From Dictyostelium discoideum (taxonomy: Eukaryota): a stretch of DNA of 64,000 nt. Location: contig CM000151.3 of assembly GCA_000004695.1 (NCBI GenBank), positions 5,408,001 to 5,472,000 on the forward strand, in the 5' to 3' direction. The notes beneath the pieces are model-generated. The model was not told the origin of the DNA. It saw only the letters and a program-made list of their open reading frames with translations, and did no database searches. The translations under genes were made by a program, and so were the position numbers. Position 1 is the first letter of the stretch. The number at the start of each line of letters is the position of its first letter. Positions 33,783-46,846 of this stretch are shown one piece after another.

Positions 33783-35022
33783 AAAAATAGAAAATAGAAA
33801 AAAAAAAAAAAATATTAATTTTTATTTTTATTTTTTCATTTTTTTTTATAAAAAAAGTAAAATTGTTGAATGGTTAAAAGAAAATCAAGTTGTTGAATTA
33901 TTATATGGTGAAACAAGTCATATTCAATTATTACAAAAATGTACAGATATATTAAAATTCCTTGCAGAACAAAAAGCATTTGATAGAAAGTATTTAGACT
34001 TGATATGGTCAGCATCTGAAGGAAAACATGAAACAATAGAGAATGCAATCTATGATAGTATTGGAGCGATCGCTCCATTACTTCCACCTGAAGATATCGA
34101 TTATCTCTTTGACAAGGTTCAAATGATTCCCTACAATCATTACACTCAAATAACATTGAATTTAGTACGTTCATTAACTCAAAGACAACAACAAGCCACC
34201 AATTCCGATGGTATTACATCAAGAGGTTTGGATATATTTTGGAATTTAATGCAAGAAGATTGTGATGTTTGTAATGATCTCTCCAATGCATCATTGGTTT
34301 CACTTCAAGATTCTTTCCAATTCTATCCAAATCAAAGGGGACATTTTTTAACTAGAGCCTTGGACCATATAGATAAACATCGTTCAGTTGTAGTTTCACT
34401 TCGTTTAGTCTTTCATCTAATCAATAGTTTTGCAGAGAAAAAAAAAAAGAGAGATTTACATGGTGGCAATAATAATAATAACAACAATATGATGAACAAT
34501 GAAGCAGAGATGGCAAATGTAATTGAAAGTATTGATAGTCAACACCATTTAGTAGATTTATTATACAATCATTTAGTTTATTATACTACACAATGTAAAC
34601 AGATTATATCGAATGGTTACAATACTGATAGAAATGCAATGAATGTAGATGGTGGTGGTGGAGGAAGTGATAAACATCCATATAAACCACCGCAAGCTTG
34701 TGATGATTATACGTTTGCTGATAGAGTCAGTCATATGGAACAAATTCAAGATTATTTAAATTTTATTCGTTTCTTATATGACAAGTCAAGTTTATCCCTT
34801 ACTAAACAACATATCGATATTTGGTGGAATATCTTTGTTCTAGAACCAGTATCACACTCTGATAGAACTCACTTTTTCAATTGGGTCATTGACCATTTAA
34901 GTTTGGATGAACATCAAGTTTTGTATTTTATAAACAAATTCCAAACCTTAACTTTTACAGATTTAGATATTACCGGTTTCGAATTTTATAAATTTTGTTT
35001 TAATTTAATTAAATCTCATGAT

Positions 35023-35053
<31 letters not shown>

Positions 35054-35080
35054 TAGATAATAATAATAATAATAATAATA

Positions 35081-35111
<31 letters not shown>

Positions 35112-35805
35112 TTTAATTGGTTTAGATGATTTATGGAGAATTTTATTAGAAGCACAAAATGAACAAGTTGGAAGAGCAGCATGTTCATTTATAATTGAAC
35201 AATATAAAGATTATAAGAATCCAGAAGAATTTTTAAATACTTGTATGGCTAAATTATCAAAGGTACCAATTGGTAACGATTCAACAATGGATCCAATTAA
35301 TTATATGTTAGTAACACGTTGTCTTTCATTGGTAAAGAAATATTTAGAAGAATTTGGTTCAAGATCATCCGACTCATTTAAGAAACATTTTTCACCATTG
35401 ATCACAGTTAGATTTAGTAGTCAAAGAAATGTATTTAAATTTGACGTAAAGAGTAGTGAATCAATTGGTACCATAAAACAAATGCTTGCATATAATATTA
35501 AATCATCAGAACATTGTATTTGTTTAACTTTTCAAGGTAAAATGATGGTTGATGATTGTCAAACAATTGAAGATTTTCGTGTTGGAAATGGTGATACTAT
35601 CAGTTTCCAAGAGATTGGAGAACCAAGACAACCACTCACCTATGTTCAATCGGTTTCAATTAATTTTGATCAAAATAATTTCGCATTACTTTTCAGTTTG
35701 TTAAATATTCAATCGATTGCTCAAGATGTTTGGGATTTATTAATGTTATTACCAGTTAATAAACAAATATTTAGTGAAATAACAATCGATATTGTAAATA
35801 ATAAA

Positions 35806-35881
<76 letters not shown>

Positions 35882-38800
35882 GTAATGAAGATGGTCAACA
35901 ACAACAACAACAACAACAACAAAATATAAATTGGGATAATTTATTTGATCCAAAATCATCTTATCGTTTATTATATAGTTTATTAATTATTGAATCAATG
36001 GTAGTTAATGATAGTTATCATAGTAGTGATGGTAATGATAATAATTTAGATGGTCCAAATGAATGGAAACAAAAGTTTATTTCATCAGGTGGATTTGATC
36101 ATTTAATAAAGGTTTTAATGACAACAGATCTTCAAAATCCATCACGTGGTGGTAAGAGAAATACTTGCCTTTCAGTACTTTTAAGAATTATTTTTAGTAT
36201 TTTAGAGAGCAACCATTTCGATTTTAATGCTATCACAAGCCATCAAATTTCACCAGCCGACTTTTTAAATCGTTTAATCAGCTTAACATGGAATCAAGTA
36301 ATACCAACTACACATGAAGAGAATCTTTCAACTCATGAAACAGAGGATGCTATGGTTGTTTCTCATTTGATGCATTTAATTGTTGCCATCCTTTCGAATA
36401 ATGATCAATTGTTTAGTATATTCACAAAGAATAAAAACATTTTACAATGGATTTCACTCATAATCCTCGATAGTAAAGATACTTTTCTTCGTGATAAAGC
36501 TGCCAATGGTATTCGTGACATTTGTCATTACATTTCACCAGCTACAACAAAACATTACTTTTTGGACCAATTCCTTACCCTACTCTTTAAAAATGTCGCA
36601 GACGATCGTCAATCATCAACTTGTCAACAATTCTTTGATGTACTCAATCATTTATTAAATGAACAAGTTAGATCGTTAACTATTGATGCTTCAACTTCTT
36701 CTTTTACATCAGTTTATGCCGATCTCTTGTTAAAGTTGGTAGATATGATTAAAACTCAACCAATCATTGAATCAACAGCAATTTACCAACCAGATGTTTT
36801 ATTAATGGGATTATTGAATCTTGTAAAGATTTTAATTCAAGACAATAATGAATTCAAGCTATTGGCAGGTCAAAAGGGTGGTTTAGTTAAAGAGGTTTTC
36901 CATGAATGTCTTTTCAATATTGCAACTGCAGATAATCATGGTTCAACTTGTCCACCAAAATGTAAAACAAAGGAAAGTAGAGATATTTGTTTTGCTGTAC
37001 TCTTGGAGTTGGCCAAAGGTTGTGAACCAAATTTACGTGAAATTACTACACTCTTAATGGAACACCATAAACCAGAGGAAAAACGTTCACTTTGGAGTTA
37101 TTTCCCAGCTGGTAATGAAAAATCAATCACAGGTTATGTTGGTTTAAAGAATTTAGGTGCCACTTGTTATATCAATAGTTTAATGCAACAACTCTTTATG
37201 ATTCCAGGTTTCCGTTATAATATCATTCAATCCGAAGAGAAATATAACTCACCACAAGAACAACAAGAATCACTCCTCTATCAATTGAAAATCATATTTG
37301 CAAATCTTCAAGAGTCTGAAAAGAAATCACACGATCCAAAAGATTTCTGTTTAACTTATAAATATGATGGTCAACCAATCAATACATCGATTCAAATGGA
37401 TGCTGATGAATTCTTTAATATGCTTTTCGATAAACTAGAGAATACTCTAAAATCAACACCACAAGAAAAGTTATTAAAAGATTTTTTCGGTGGTAGTTCA
37501 GTAAATCAATTCATCTCTCAAGAGTGTAATCATGTCTCTGAACGTGAAGAACCATTCTATACCATTAGTGTCGAAGTAAAGAATAAAAAAGAGATTCAAG
37601 AATCATTACAATTGTTTGTAGAGAGTGAAACTTTAGATGGTGATAATAAATATTTTTGTAGTAGTTGTTCTCAAAAAGTTAAAGCATTAATGAGAAGATG
37701 TATCAAAGATTTACCAAATACTTTAATCATTCATAACAAGAGATTCGAGTTTGATTTAGATCTTATGAAGAGAACCAAATTAAATGATGCACTTCGTTTC
37801 CCAATGACAATCGATATGGAACCATACACTAAAGAATATCTCGAGAGAAAAGAAGCAATCGAAAAAGCCAAAGAAAAGGGTGAACCAATTCCAGAGGTTG
37901 CTCCATTACATCCACCATCCTATTATCAATATGAATTGGCAGGTATTTTAGTTCATACAGGTACAGCCGATTCTGGTCACTATTATAGTTATATTAAAGA
38001 GCGTGAACCAATTTGTGAAGGTCAACCACGTCGTTGGATTTTATTCAATGACCAAGCAACCGAGGTTTTCAATCCTGATGATATTTCAAAGGCATGTTTT
38101 GGTGGTTATGATGATCAAAGCAAAGGTAATTTCCGTGCTGGCCCAAGAGTTAACAATGCTTATATGTTATTCTATGAACGTTCTTATATTCAAGGTGAAA
38201 TGACAAAGAAATATGAAAACATTAAACAATCTGATGCTTCTAAATTAGTACCAAAAGAAATGTTTTCAAGTGTTTGGAAAAAGAATATGAAATTCTTAAA
38301 TGATAAGAATATTTTCGATACAAATTATTTCTCATTCTTATTAAATATTATAAAGTTAGATGAACCATCCGATTTAGATTCAAATAATCAAATGGATTTC
38401 ATTTCTTCTCAAGAATTATTAAAAGGTACTGATTCAATTGATGATCAAAAACTAAGTAGTCAAGATAATGAATTATCAAGTGGTGGTGGTGGCGGTGGTG
38501 CAACAAGTGAATTATCAGGTGGAGAAGTTGGTTTATATAATGGCGGTAGTGGTAGTGAATTCAATCAAACTATGCAATCAATTGAATTAGGTACTAGATT
38601 TTTAATTGAAACTTTATTCCACTCAAAAGATAGAAAAATGTTAGGTGATACTGTAAATTATTTAATCTCATTATATGAAAGAAATTTAGATGCTTGTTAT
38701 TGGTTATTAAATACTATCGTTGAACAACAAGGTTCTGATAATTCTTGGATTAGACAAGTATTTTTAACTTGTGTAACATTTGATCCAAGAGAAGCTTTAA

Positions 38801-41800
38801 TCAAATTATTATTATCAGTTGTTAAAACATTAATTCCAAGTGAAAAAGAAAACTATGGTTTAGATGAAGATAATGAAATGATGTCAGAAAATAGTGGAGC
38901 ATCTATTACTTCAATCGATGAGGAGGATGGAGATGATGAAGATGATGGTGGTGGTGGTGATGATGATTCAATGAATACTTCATCTGGTACAACAGGTAAA
39001 GGTAAACAAAAAGTATCATCCTCTTCTTCCTCTTCTTCTTCCTCTCAAATGAATTATGATCAAGATGAAATTTATCCAAGTTTTTCAAGCCTAAAGAAAC
39101 CAAAATCCATCATATTTAAGTTTATGGATGTATTTTTAGATTATATCAAGGAGGCACCAATGCATTGGAAACATTTTAGTTATTACTTTTTGTTTATCAA
39201 AGATTTTTCATTATTGGGTGAAGAGGAAAGAAAATATTTAATCAATAGAAATGTTATTGGCCGTTTAATTGATCTCTTTTTGGGTGATGAATCACAACTC
39301 TCCAAAACCATTCCACCACATAAGAAACCAAAGATGGGTGATAAATATAGTAGTCCACAATTCCTTAATATGATTGAAACCATCAATATCTTGGTTCATA
39401 GTTGTCATACTAGATATAGTAAGATGGAGTTTGACAAGAATGGTTCCTATCAAACAATGCCTGGTCAATTCACTTTGAATTTAGCTCCAATGCCAGAAAC
39501 CGATATGGAGTTATTATATGATCCAATATTTGTTGCCAAAGCAATTAAGGATACTCTATTAATCAAACCAATCACAGAGATAGTCTCTTATATTTGTTTC
39601 AATGATATCGATACTACCAATACTATCACTCAATATATTGAAGGATTCGATCAATCAAAGACATCCTTAGAGGTTTTACTTCCATTGATTAAATTAGATG
39701 ATCAATGTAGAGAAGAACGTGTTGACATTGTAATTCCACAATATATCAATATCGTTGAGGAAATCTTTAAAAATCGTAATAATTTGTCATTCTTAAAAAC
39801 TTTGGTAGAAGCTGCTCAACAATATTATTTCATTTCAGATTGGTTCAAGAAGAACTTTGATCGTTGGGTTACAAGTTGGCTCATTGGTAATGAACATTCA
39901 GAGGTTAGAAGTGATGCTTTCACATTACTCATTCATATCAATCAATTGAATCAAGAACAACCAGATCATAGTGCAATCATTGAAACCTTTTCATTCCTTT
40001 CTAGTGTTGATACCATTAAATATGCCAAAAAGATTTGTAAAAAAGATAAAGATCATCGTGGTGTTTTCAAATTTGAATATTATTTCAAACTACTTAGATT
40101 GTCTTTGGTCGTACCAGAATGTAAACAAATTTTCACACAAGTCGCTTCATTATTCTATGGTTTTATCACTGATATCATCTTTCAACAAAATGAAATCGAT
40201 AGAAATCGTCAAGAGCTTACTCACTTTTTGGTCGATGTACTTCGTGATCAACCTGAAAATATTGCTCTCTTACAAAAGGATCAATGTTCAACCAAACTCA
40301 TGGACTACTTTATTAGTATTTCATCCAAAGAGGATTTGAAACAATTCAATCAAAAATCTTTACCATCTTTCTATGAACTCTTATTCATTTTATCTTGTGA
40401 TAAACAATCATTCCTCGAATATGTCGTTGGTCATTCCAATTTCCAATGGGCTTGCAAATTTTTATTATGCGAATGTGGTGAATATCAAGATATTGCCGTC
40501 TTCCTTTTCAAATTATTAGAGTTGGTATCAAGAACACCAAAACATGCTCAATCTTTGATTAGTCACTTTTTAGGTTTTCCAAACTTTTTCTTTTATCCAG
40601 CTCATTCATTGAAAGTAATGGATATTCTCACCTTTTCAAAGAAAGAAGCCATTTGTTTTGTTAATTCTCAAGGTATCAATGTATTTAGTAAATTCTTGGG
40701 TTCAAGTAAAGACTCTCAAGAGAATGTACGTCAATATCCAAAAGCAATCGATATCATTTTTAAGGTTTTATCATTAATTCACTCACCACAGTCACCACAA
40801 GATTCTTCTTCTCCAAAATCAACAAATGTAATCGTAATCGATGAAGATATCGCCTCCTCCTCTTCTTCCTCTTCATCAAATATTCAAAATCCAACCAATG
40901 TAAATGTAAATGAATTAACTCAAGAGGTAAAAACATTATCATCTGTATTATACAATTTAATGGATAGTGGTGAAATAGTTTGTCAAAAAGCTCAAAAACT
41001 TTTAAATTTTATTGCAGTTGAATCACCTGATATTACAATTTTAACATTTAGTGATTTCATTACAAAATGGATAAATAAAAAGAATTCAATGATAAATAAT
41101 AATATTAATTTAATTAATAATAATAATAACAATAATAACAATATGATGAATTCAATTAATTTGGTTGATAACGATCCAAAACAACCATCAATACCACAAT
41201 TTTCACATGGTAACCCAAGTCAACAATATCCATCACCATTTGCTCAACAACCACCACAACAACAACAACAACATTCAAGATTAAATCAAAATCAACAATT
41301 ATTAAATCAATTTTCATTTAGTGAAACATTTTTCAATTCATTAATTGAAATTGTTTTAATTTCAATGCAAAGTGCAACCTCTCAAAACTCAAATCCATCA
41401 TTGGAATCAAAAGCATCAATTTCCCTTGCAAAATTAGTTAAAGAAGTTTTAAATATTAACATGGAGATGGGTTCACGTATTCTTAGTCGTGTAATTGATA
41501 GTTTAAAGGTTGAAGATAGAAATTCAGTGATCTCTCATTGTATTGAACATGGTTTTATTGGTACTTGTGAAACTTCTCCAACAACTCCAACCTCACTTAA
41601 CTCATTGTATGATTTAGTTAAATCTTTCCTTCAAGACAAAGCAAATGAAGAAACTGTTAATAACTTTTGCACCGATCTTGAAGATAAAGTAACCACATCC
41701 ATCGTTTCCATTAAATCATTAGAGAATTCCAATGACAACCAAATCGATACTCATTTATTATCCTTAATAAATGCACTCCATCAAATTCAATTGTTTAATA

Positions 41801-41952
41801 ATTGTTGTCCAACTGGTAAATCTCATATATCCCTCTCGAATATTATCAACTCTTTAAATGAATTTGCAAACAAAGAGTGCTGTAACATTCAATCTGAAAA
41901 TGCCACATTATTTTTAACTTCTTTCAAACCAATTAGACCATCAAATAATTAA
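32439..41952 (+). CDS. Very large ubiquitin carboxyl-terminal hydrolase of the USP9X/USP24/USP34 type, about 2990 aa. Four exons, join(32439..32617,32865..33192,33369..33742,33858..41952).
   Basis: The 2650-aa ORF contains a ubiquitin-like domain (FKFDVKSSESIGTIKQMLAYNIKSS..LTFQGKMMVDDCQTIEDFRVGNGDTISFQEI). About 450 aa downstream is a USP catalytic domain with Cys box GYVGLKNLGATCYINSLMQQLFMIPGFRY, QQDADEFFNMLFDKLE, and His box YELAGILVHTGTADSGHYYSYIK...WILFNDQATEV...NAYMLFYER, embedded in about 2 kb of helical-repeat sequence. Three upstream exons (ORF 32439.. plus two further exons) join with GTAAGT/GTATGT donors in phases 2, 0 and 2, in frame with the main ORF. Confidence 0.8.
32700..32790. 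repeat. (TTTTTA)n hexanucleotide repeat of about 15 units inside USP intron 1.
   Basis: The unit tttttatttttatttttattttt is repeated. The mirror (AAAAAT)n lies at 51345-51425 and (AAAATAAAAT)n at 7806-7870. Confidence 0.9.
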
Positions 41953-42464
41953 AACAAAAAAAAAATAAAAAAAGTTAAAAATAAAAAAAGTTAAAAATAA
42001 AAAAAGTTAAAAATAAAAAAAAAAATAAAGCAATTAAAAAAAAAATATCAAATCAAAATAAAAATCTTTAATTTTCAACTAAAATGGTTATAAAAAAACA
42101 ATGACAATTTGATTTTATTTTTGATTTTTTTTTTTGGTTTTTTTTTTTATTATTTTAATTTTTTTTTTTTTTTTTTATTATTGTTTTTTTTGATTCAATT
42201 GTTTTTTTATTTTTTATTTTTTAATTTTTATTTTTTTATTTTATTTTTATTTTTATTATGTATTAAAAAATTTTGTATTATTTGAAATTAATTTATTTCC
42301 TTTTTTATTTTTAATCCGTATTTTTTTTATTATTTTTATTTTTTTTTTTTTATTTCATTTTTTTATTTCATTTTTTTTTATTTTTTTTATTTTTTTATTT
42401 AATTAAATAATAAACATCTCACACATTCACCCCCAAAACATTTACCATAAAAAAAAAAAAAAAA

Positions 42465-42831
42465 ATGAATTTTTTAAATAAAAATTTATTATTGGTTAGA
42501 AATTTGGGGAGGATTTCATATCCTAAATTCATTGATGTCCAGAATGGTATTAAAATCAATTATAATAATAGTGATAAAAATATTCTTTTAATGGCAGAAC
42601 ATCAAAGTCCTTTATTTTTATTTTCCACCACAAAAAAGAATCAAAGTAATTCCACCACAATCAATAATAATGATATTATAAATGATGCAAAATATAATAA
42701 ACTTAAACAATTAGGATATGATGTTTGTAAAGTTACAAAATCAATTGATAGTTTAGAAATTGACAATGACAATAATGACACAAATAATAATAACAATAAT
42801 AATAATAATTTTAATAGCAATAATAATATTA

Positions 42832-42862
<31 letters not shown>

Positions 42863-43672
42863 AAATAATAAAAATAATAATAATATTAGTAACAATCAAA
42901 TTATTTGGCATGGTCCAGGTCAATTAACAGTTTATCCAATTCTATCAAGTCAATTTAATATTGATAAAAATCAATATAAAATGAAATTAGAAAAAGTGGT
43001 TTTAAAATGTTTAGATCAATTATCAATTAAATGTAAAATTGAAAATAATCAAATTAAAACTATAAATAATAATGAAATAATTGGTGATATAAAAATTTTT
43101 AATGAGTAACTATTTAAATTATATAATTAAAAAATATATATAAAAAAGTAATAATTACTTAGTTTATTTATAATTTATTAATTTAATTGAATTTGATTTT
43201 TTTTTTTTTTTTTTAAAAAAGTTTTTATAAAGTGCCAGGATTTTCTTTGAATATTAATCCAAATATTGGAATTTGTAATGAAATTAACAATGTTGGTAAT
43301 ATTTCATCAATTAGTAGAATCATTAATTCTCAAATGATTACTGTTGCCGATGTTGTTCCCATTGTAAGCAGAAACTTTTTAGAAGAATTTGAGCTTGAAC
43401 AAATTGATCCTTATAATTATTACCTCTCTCAATATAATGATCAATTCATAAATAATAATTATAAAAATAATAATAATAATAATAATAATGACAATAACAT
43501 TCACAAAATTACTAATAACTACTACGATGATGATGATGAAAACCAATTAAATTCAAATGATGATAATAATATTTTATCAACATCATCTTTTATTTTAAAT
43601 AATAATAATAATAATAATAGTAATAATAATAACAACGATATTACAACTGATAATAACTCATTAATATTCTAA
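42465..43672 (+). CDS. Octanoyl(lipoyl)-[ACP]:protein N-octanoyltransferase (LipB / LIPT2 type). Two exons, approximately join(42465..43105,43222..43672).
   Basis: Motifs MAEHQSPLF, IIWHGPGQLTVYPIL (the LipB R-G-G-x-x-T-Y-H-G-P-G-Q core) and NNEIIGDIKIFNE in exon 1, then, after an intron of about 116 nt, KVPGFSLNINPNIG...VADVVPI.... An alternative junction (donor 43084 / acceptor 43220) is equally legal. The poly-Asn insert is typical of Dictyostelium. Confidence 0.65.
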
Positions 43673-43689
43673 AGTTTTTTTTTTCAACC

Positions 43690-43801
43690 TCAAAACATCT
43701 TCAATCATGTAAATATCTTTCAAACCACTTTTTTATAGTTTTTTTTCGTTTAATAAAGATTTGTAAATATCTTCAATGTTAATTATTTTAAACAGAAAAG
43801 A

Positions 43802-43835
<34 letters not shown>

Positions 43836-44345
43836 TTCAAATAACCCACAAATAATAGCAGATTTTAATTTTTTACATTTAAATAGTGAGATAAAACCAA
43901 ATGGTACATAAAAAGATTAGAAAAACCAAGTTCTACAAAAATTGTTGGAACTAAACTTGGTCTTCCATAAGGTAAAAAACCCGAATTTCCATAAGATGGA
44001 GTCATTTATTATAAATTTCTTCACAGTATCGGTACTGATACTATTATCATTTTCAAATAAGGGATGCATATTCGAATTTCTATTGTCTGAACAAATTTTG
44101 TTTATTTTCATTTATAAAAAAAGAAAAGAAAATAAAAAAAACTAATTATTCTTTTAAGGTCAAGTTGACGGCAGTAACCAATGGGAATTGAACCATTGTT
44201 CTTTTTTTTTTTTTTTTACCTAAAAGCGGTGTTGAACCATTGTTCTTAAATTTTCACAAAAAAAGCTCCCCATTCGGGAATCGAACCCGAGGTACCAGTG
44301 TGAAAGACTAGAGTGTTACCGACTACACCAATGAGGAATTTGTTG
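43690..44345. repeat. Segmentally duplicated tRNA-Glu unit, copy A (partner 45850..46725).
   Basis: A shared about 35-nt motif tttgtttaataaagatttgtaaatatcttcaatgtt (43745-43790 and 45893-45935), a shared gttggaactaaacttggtcttcc(a/t)ataggtaaa (43940-43985 and 46470-46515), a degenerate tRNA T-arm remnant gggaat(t/c)gaaccattgttct and the identical tRNA-Glu. Confidence 0.7.
44266..44337 (-). tRNA. tRNA-Glu (anticodon TTC), 72 nt, copy 1.
   Basis: Minus-strand TCCTCATTGGTGTAGTCGGTAACACTCTAGTCTTTCACACTGGTACCTCGGGTTCGATTCCCGAATGGGGAG has a 7-bp acceptor stem, an anticodon loop CTTTCAC and a B-box GGTTCGATTCC, and resembles metazoan tRNA-Glu-TTC. It is identical to the copy at 46647..46718. Confidence 0.85.
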
Positions 44346-44581
44346 AAATTTTTTAATATTTTACCTATAAATAAAGATATAAAAAATGTTATCCAATTCA
44401 AAAAATTTCGTTATTCCATTCAAAAAAATAAAGATGTAAAAAAATGCCTAAACATAATATTTTTAAATATCATTAAAAAGAATTTAAATTTTAAGGTATA
44501 AAACTGAACAGTTTTATAGTTTTTAACAGAAATACGTTATAGCAGGAGTAAAAAAAACCATTATTTTTAAATTTAAAAATC

Positions 44582-44622
<41 letters not shown>

Positions 44623-44632
44623 CAAAAAAAAA

Positions 44633-45727
44633 ATGGTTTATAAATTAATTATTTTAATAATTGTTATAATAATCAATGGAACTATATCTATGATGGTATT
44701 ACCATCAGATTTAAATATTCACTATGTTGGAAGAATTGACAAAACTCAATCCAATCACTATTATTCATTTTCGTGGTCTGGTTGTCAAATTATTGTAAAT
44801 ATTACAGGTATAACAGAAATTAAAGCAATTTTAAATTCAGAGAAACCAAATTGGTTTGATGTATTTATCAATGGGCAATTAAATAATGTTTTTAATGTAA
44901 CATTATCAGCACCACAACAACAAATAATAACTATTGCAAATAATTTAAATAGTAATGATATCTATCAAATAAAGATATCAAAAAGAACAGAAGCAGAATT
45001 TGGACAAGTTAATTTTTATGGTTTCCAAATAGATGATAATGATGAAAATTTCAAACTTTTTACATATAAACCATTAACAAATCGTAAATTTGAATTCATT
45101 GGTGATAGTATTGCAACGGGGTATGGTGATATGGGTAAGGCACCTTGTGCATTCACAGAATCAACAGAGAATGTTGATGTATCATTCGTTTCTGATATTA
45201 CAAATCAATTACTAGGTGAGATGAGTGTAATCGCATGGGAAGGTAAAGGTGTTGTAAAAAATTATGGATCACCAACACCAATTTCAAATCCAAATGAACC
45301 AACATTACCAGATCTTTATCCATACATATTACCATTATCAGATAATAGTAGTTTTTGGAATGCCTCTCAATTCATACCAGATGTGTTAGTTATTAATTTA
45401 GGTTCAAATGATTATACAGATTTACCATACCCACCAAATGATTACTTTCAAGTTAAATTTATTGAATTTGTAAAATCAATCATTATAAACTATAATAATC
45501 AAATTCCAAAGATTTTCTTTATATGTGGTGTAATGGTTAATGAACATCCATGTTGTACAATTACTGAAGCTGTTTCAAATGTTTTCAATGCTACTTATAT
45601 TGATATGCCAAATATTCAAAATTCAAGTGATGACTTTGGTTGTTATGGCCATCCAACTATAATTGCTCATGCTCATATGGCTTCAATTGCAATTCCAATT
45701 ATAAAACAAGTAATGAATTGGGAATAA
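44633..45727 (+). CDS. Secreted SGNH/GDSL hydrolase of the carbohydrate-esterase family 2 type (acetyl-xylan-esterase-like), with an N-terminal beta-sandwich and a C-terminal esterase domain.
   Basis: Signal peptide MVYKLIILIIVIIINGTISM, GDS block FIGDSIATGYGD, Gly block INLGSNDY and catalytic DxxH GCYGHPTIIAHAHMA in the CE2-style order. The ORF-track start at 44582 merely reads through a T-run, and the real ATG is at 44633. Confidence 0.65.
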   Translation: MVYKLIILIIVIIINGTISMMVLPSDLNIHYVGRIDKTQSNHYYSFSWSGCQIIVNITGITEIKAILNSEKPNWFDVFINGQLNNVFNVTLSAPQQQIITIANNLNSNDIYQIKISKRTEAEFGQVNFYGFQIDDNDENFKLFTYKPLTNRKFEFIGDSIATGYGDMGKAPCAFTESTENVDVSFVSDITNQLLGEMSVIAWEGKGVVKNYGSPTPISNPNEPTLPDLYPYILPLSDNSSFWNASQFIPDVLVINLGSNDYTDLPYPPNDYFQVKFIEFVKSIIINYNNQIPKIFFICGVMVNEHPCCTITEAVSNVFNATYIDMPNIQNSSDDFGCYGHPTIIAHAHMASIAIPIIKQVMNWE

Positions 45728-45767
45728 ATAAATAAATAAACAAATAAATAAAATAAAATAAATAAAA

Positions 45768-45810
<43 letters not shown>
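45724..45810. repeat. (AAAT)n tetranucleotide repeat in the 3' flank of the esterase gene.
   Basis: aaataaataaataaacaaataaataaaataaaataaat... Confidence 0.9.
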
Positions 45811-45814
<4 letters not shown>

Positions 45815-46607
45815 ATATATTTTGTTTATTACTTTTTTTTTTTTTTTTTTTTTTTTATTAATCAATTTTTCAAACTTTTAATTGTTTTTTTGTTTAATAA
45901 AGATTTGTAAATATCTTCAATGTTTTTTTTATTATTGAAAATATTGAAATAAGAAATTCACACTAAACTGTTTGGTAAATGATATATCATAGGAATTGTT
46001 TCTAATAAACTTTTAACTTCAAAGAAATCAGTTGGTAAATTTTTAACTATTTGAATATTAGGAAGAAGTTGAGGTGGAGGAACCGCACCATAAAATAATG
46101 TTGCTAAAGGGTCTATATATAAAAATTTATTAATTAGAATTTAATATATATATAAAATATATACATACATTTTTTACAAATGTTTGTGAATTTGGTATGT
46201 TGCTAAATATTTGGTTGGTAGATAAAACACCAGTACGTTTAATTCTGTTTGCAGAGTTGGTTATTTTTAAAGTTGTTCTACGACTACCAAATGAAATAAA
46301 TGAATGGCAATTGCCAATCCTAACGATTAAAAATAAAAGCAACATCTATAAAAGATATCAGCCTTTTTGGAAATACTTTAATACCAATAACCATTTCTCA
46401 TACTTTGGAAATCTCGAAATTGAAACACTTGTGAACCAAATGGTTAGTTGACTGAGAAACTTTAACTTCAACAACAAATGTTGGAACTAAACTTGGTCTT
46501 CCTATAGGTAAAGCTTAGGTCTATATAACACCATTTTAAAGCAATACTTTTCTAATGTAAAAATTATTGTCTTAAACATTTTAAAAAGCATATTTAATTA
46601 ATCGAAT

Positions 46608-46619
46608 GGGAATCGAACC
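46608..46619 (-). promoter_or_regulatory. Extra B-box (ex-B-like) downstream of tRNA-Glu copy 2, with degenerate equivalents near 44204-44215 and 44231-44240.
   Basis: GGTTCGATTCCC-type B-box consensus lies about 30 nt 3' of the tRNA on the same strand. Dictyostelium tRNA genes are known to carry such external B boxes. Confidence 0.5.
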
Positions 46620-46646
46620 ATTGTTCTAAGTTTTTCACAAAAAAAG

Positions 46647-46718
46647 CTCCCCATTCGGGAATCGAACCCGAGGTACCAGTGTGAAAGACTAGAGTGTTAC
46701 CGACTACACCAATGAGGA
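46647..46718 (-). tRNA. tRNA-Glu (anticodon TTC), 72 nt, copy 2.
   Basis: Same 72-nt sequence as copy 1, with a partly conserved flank both upstream and downstream. Confidence 0.85.
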
Positions 46719-46846
46719 ATATGTTGAATTTTTTGTTGTAATAAAGTTAGTCTATAAAATTAATTCTAAGTGTCCACCCTGTAAAAAAAAATAAAATAAA
46801 ATGAGATCTAGCATCTTTTTTTATTAGTTTTTTATTTTTTTTTTTT

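Noticed and set aside
43917-44145. ORFs 43917..44111 (-) and 43942..44145 (+), and 46130..46451 ORFs, in the tRNA flanks
   Set aside because: They lie in the duplicated non-coding flank, overlap each other on opposite strands and have no domain signal.
44582-44632. N-terminal extension MIFFFFFFFFFFFFKKK of the esterase ORF
   Set aside because: It is a read-through of a T30 tract. The signal peptide begins at the downstream Met (44633).
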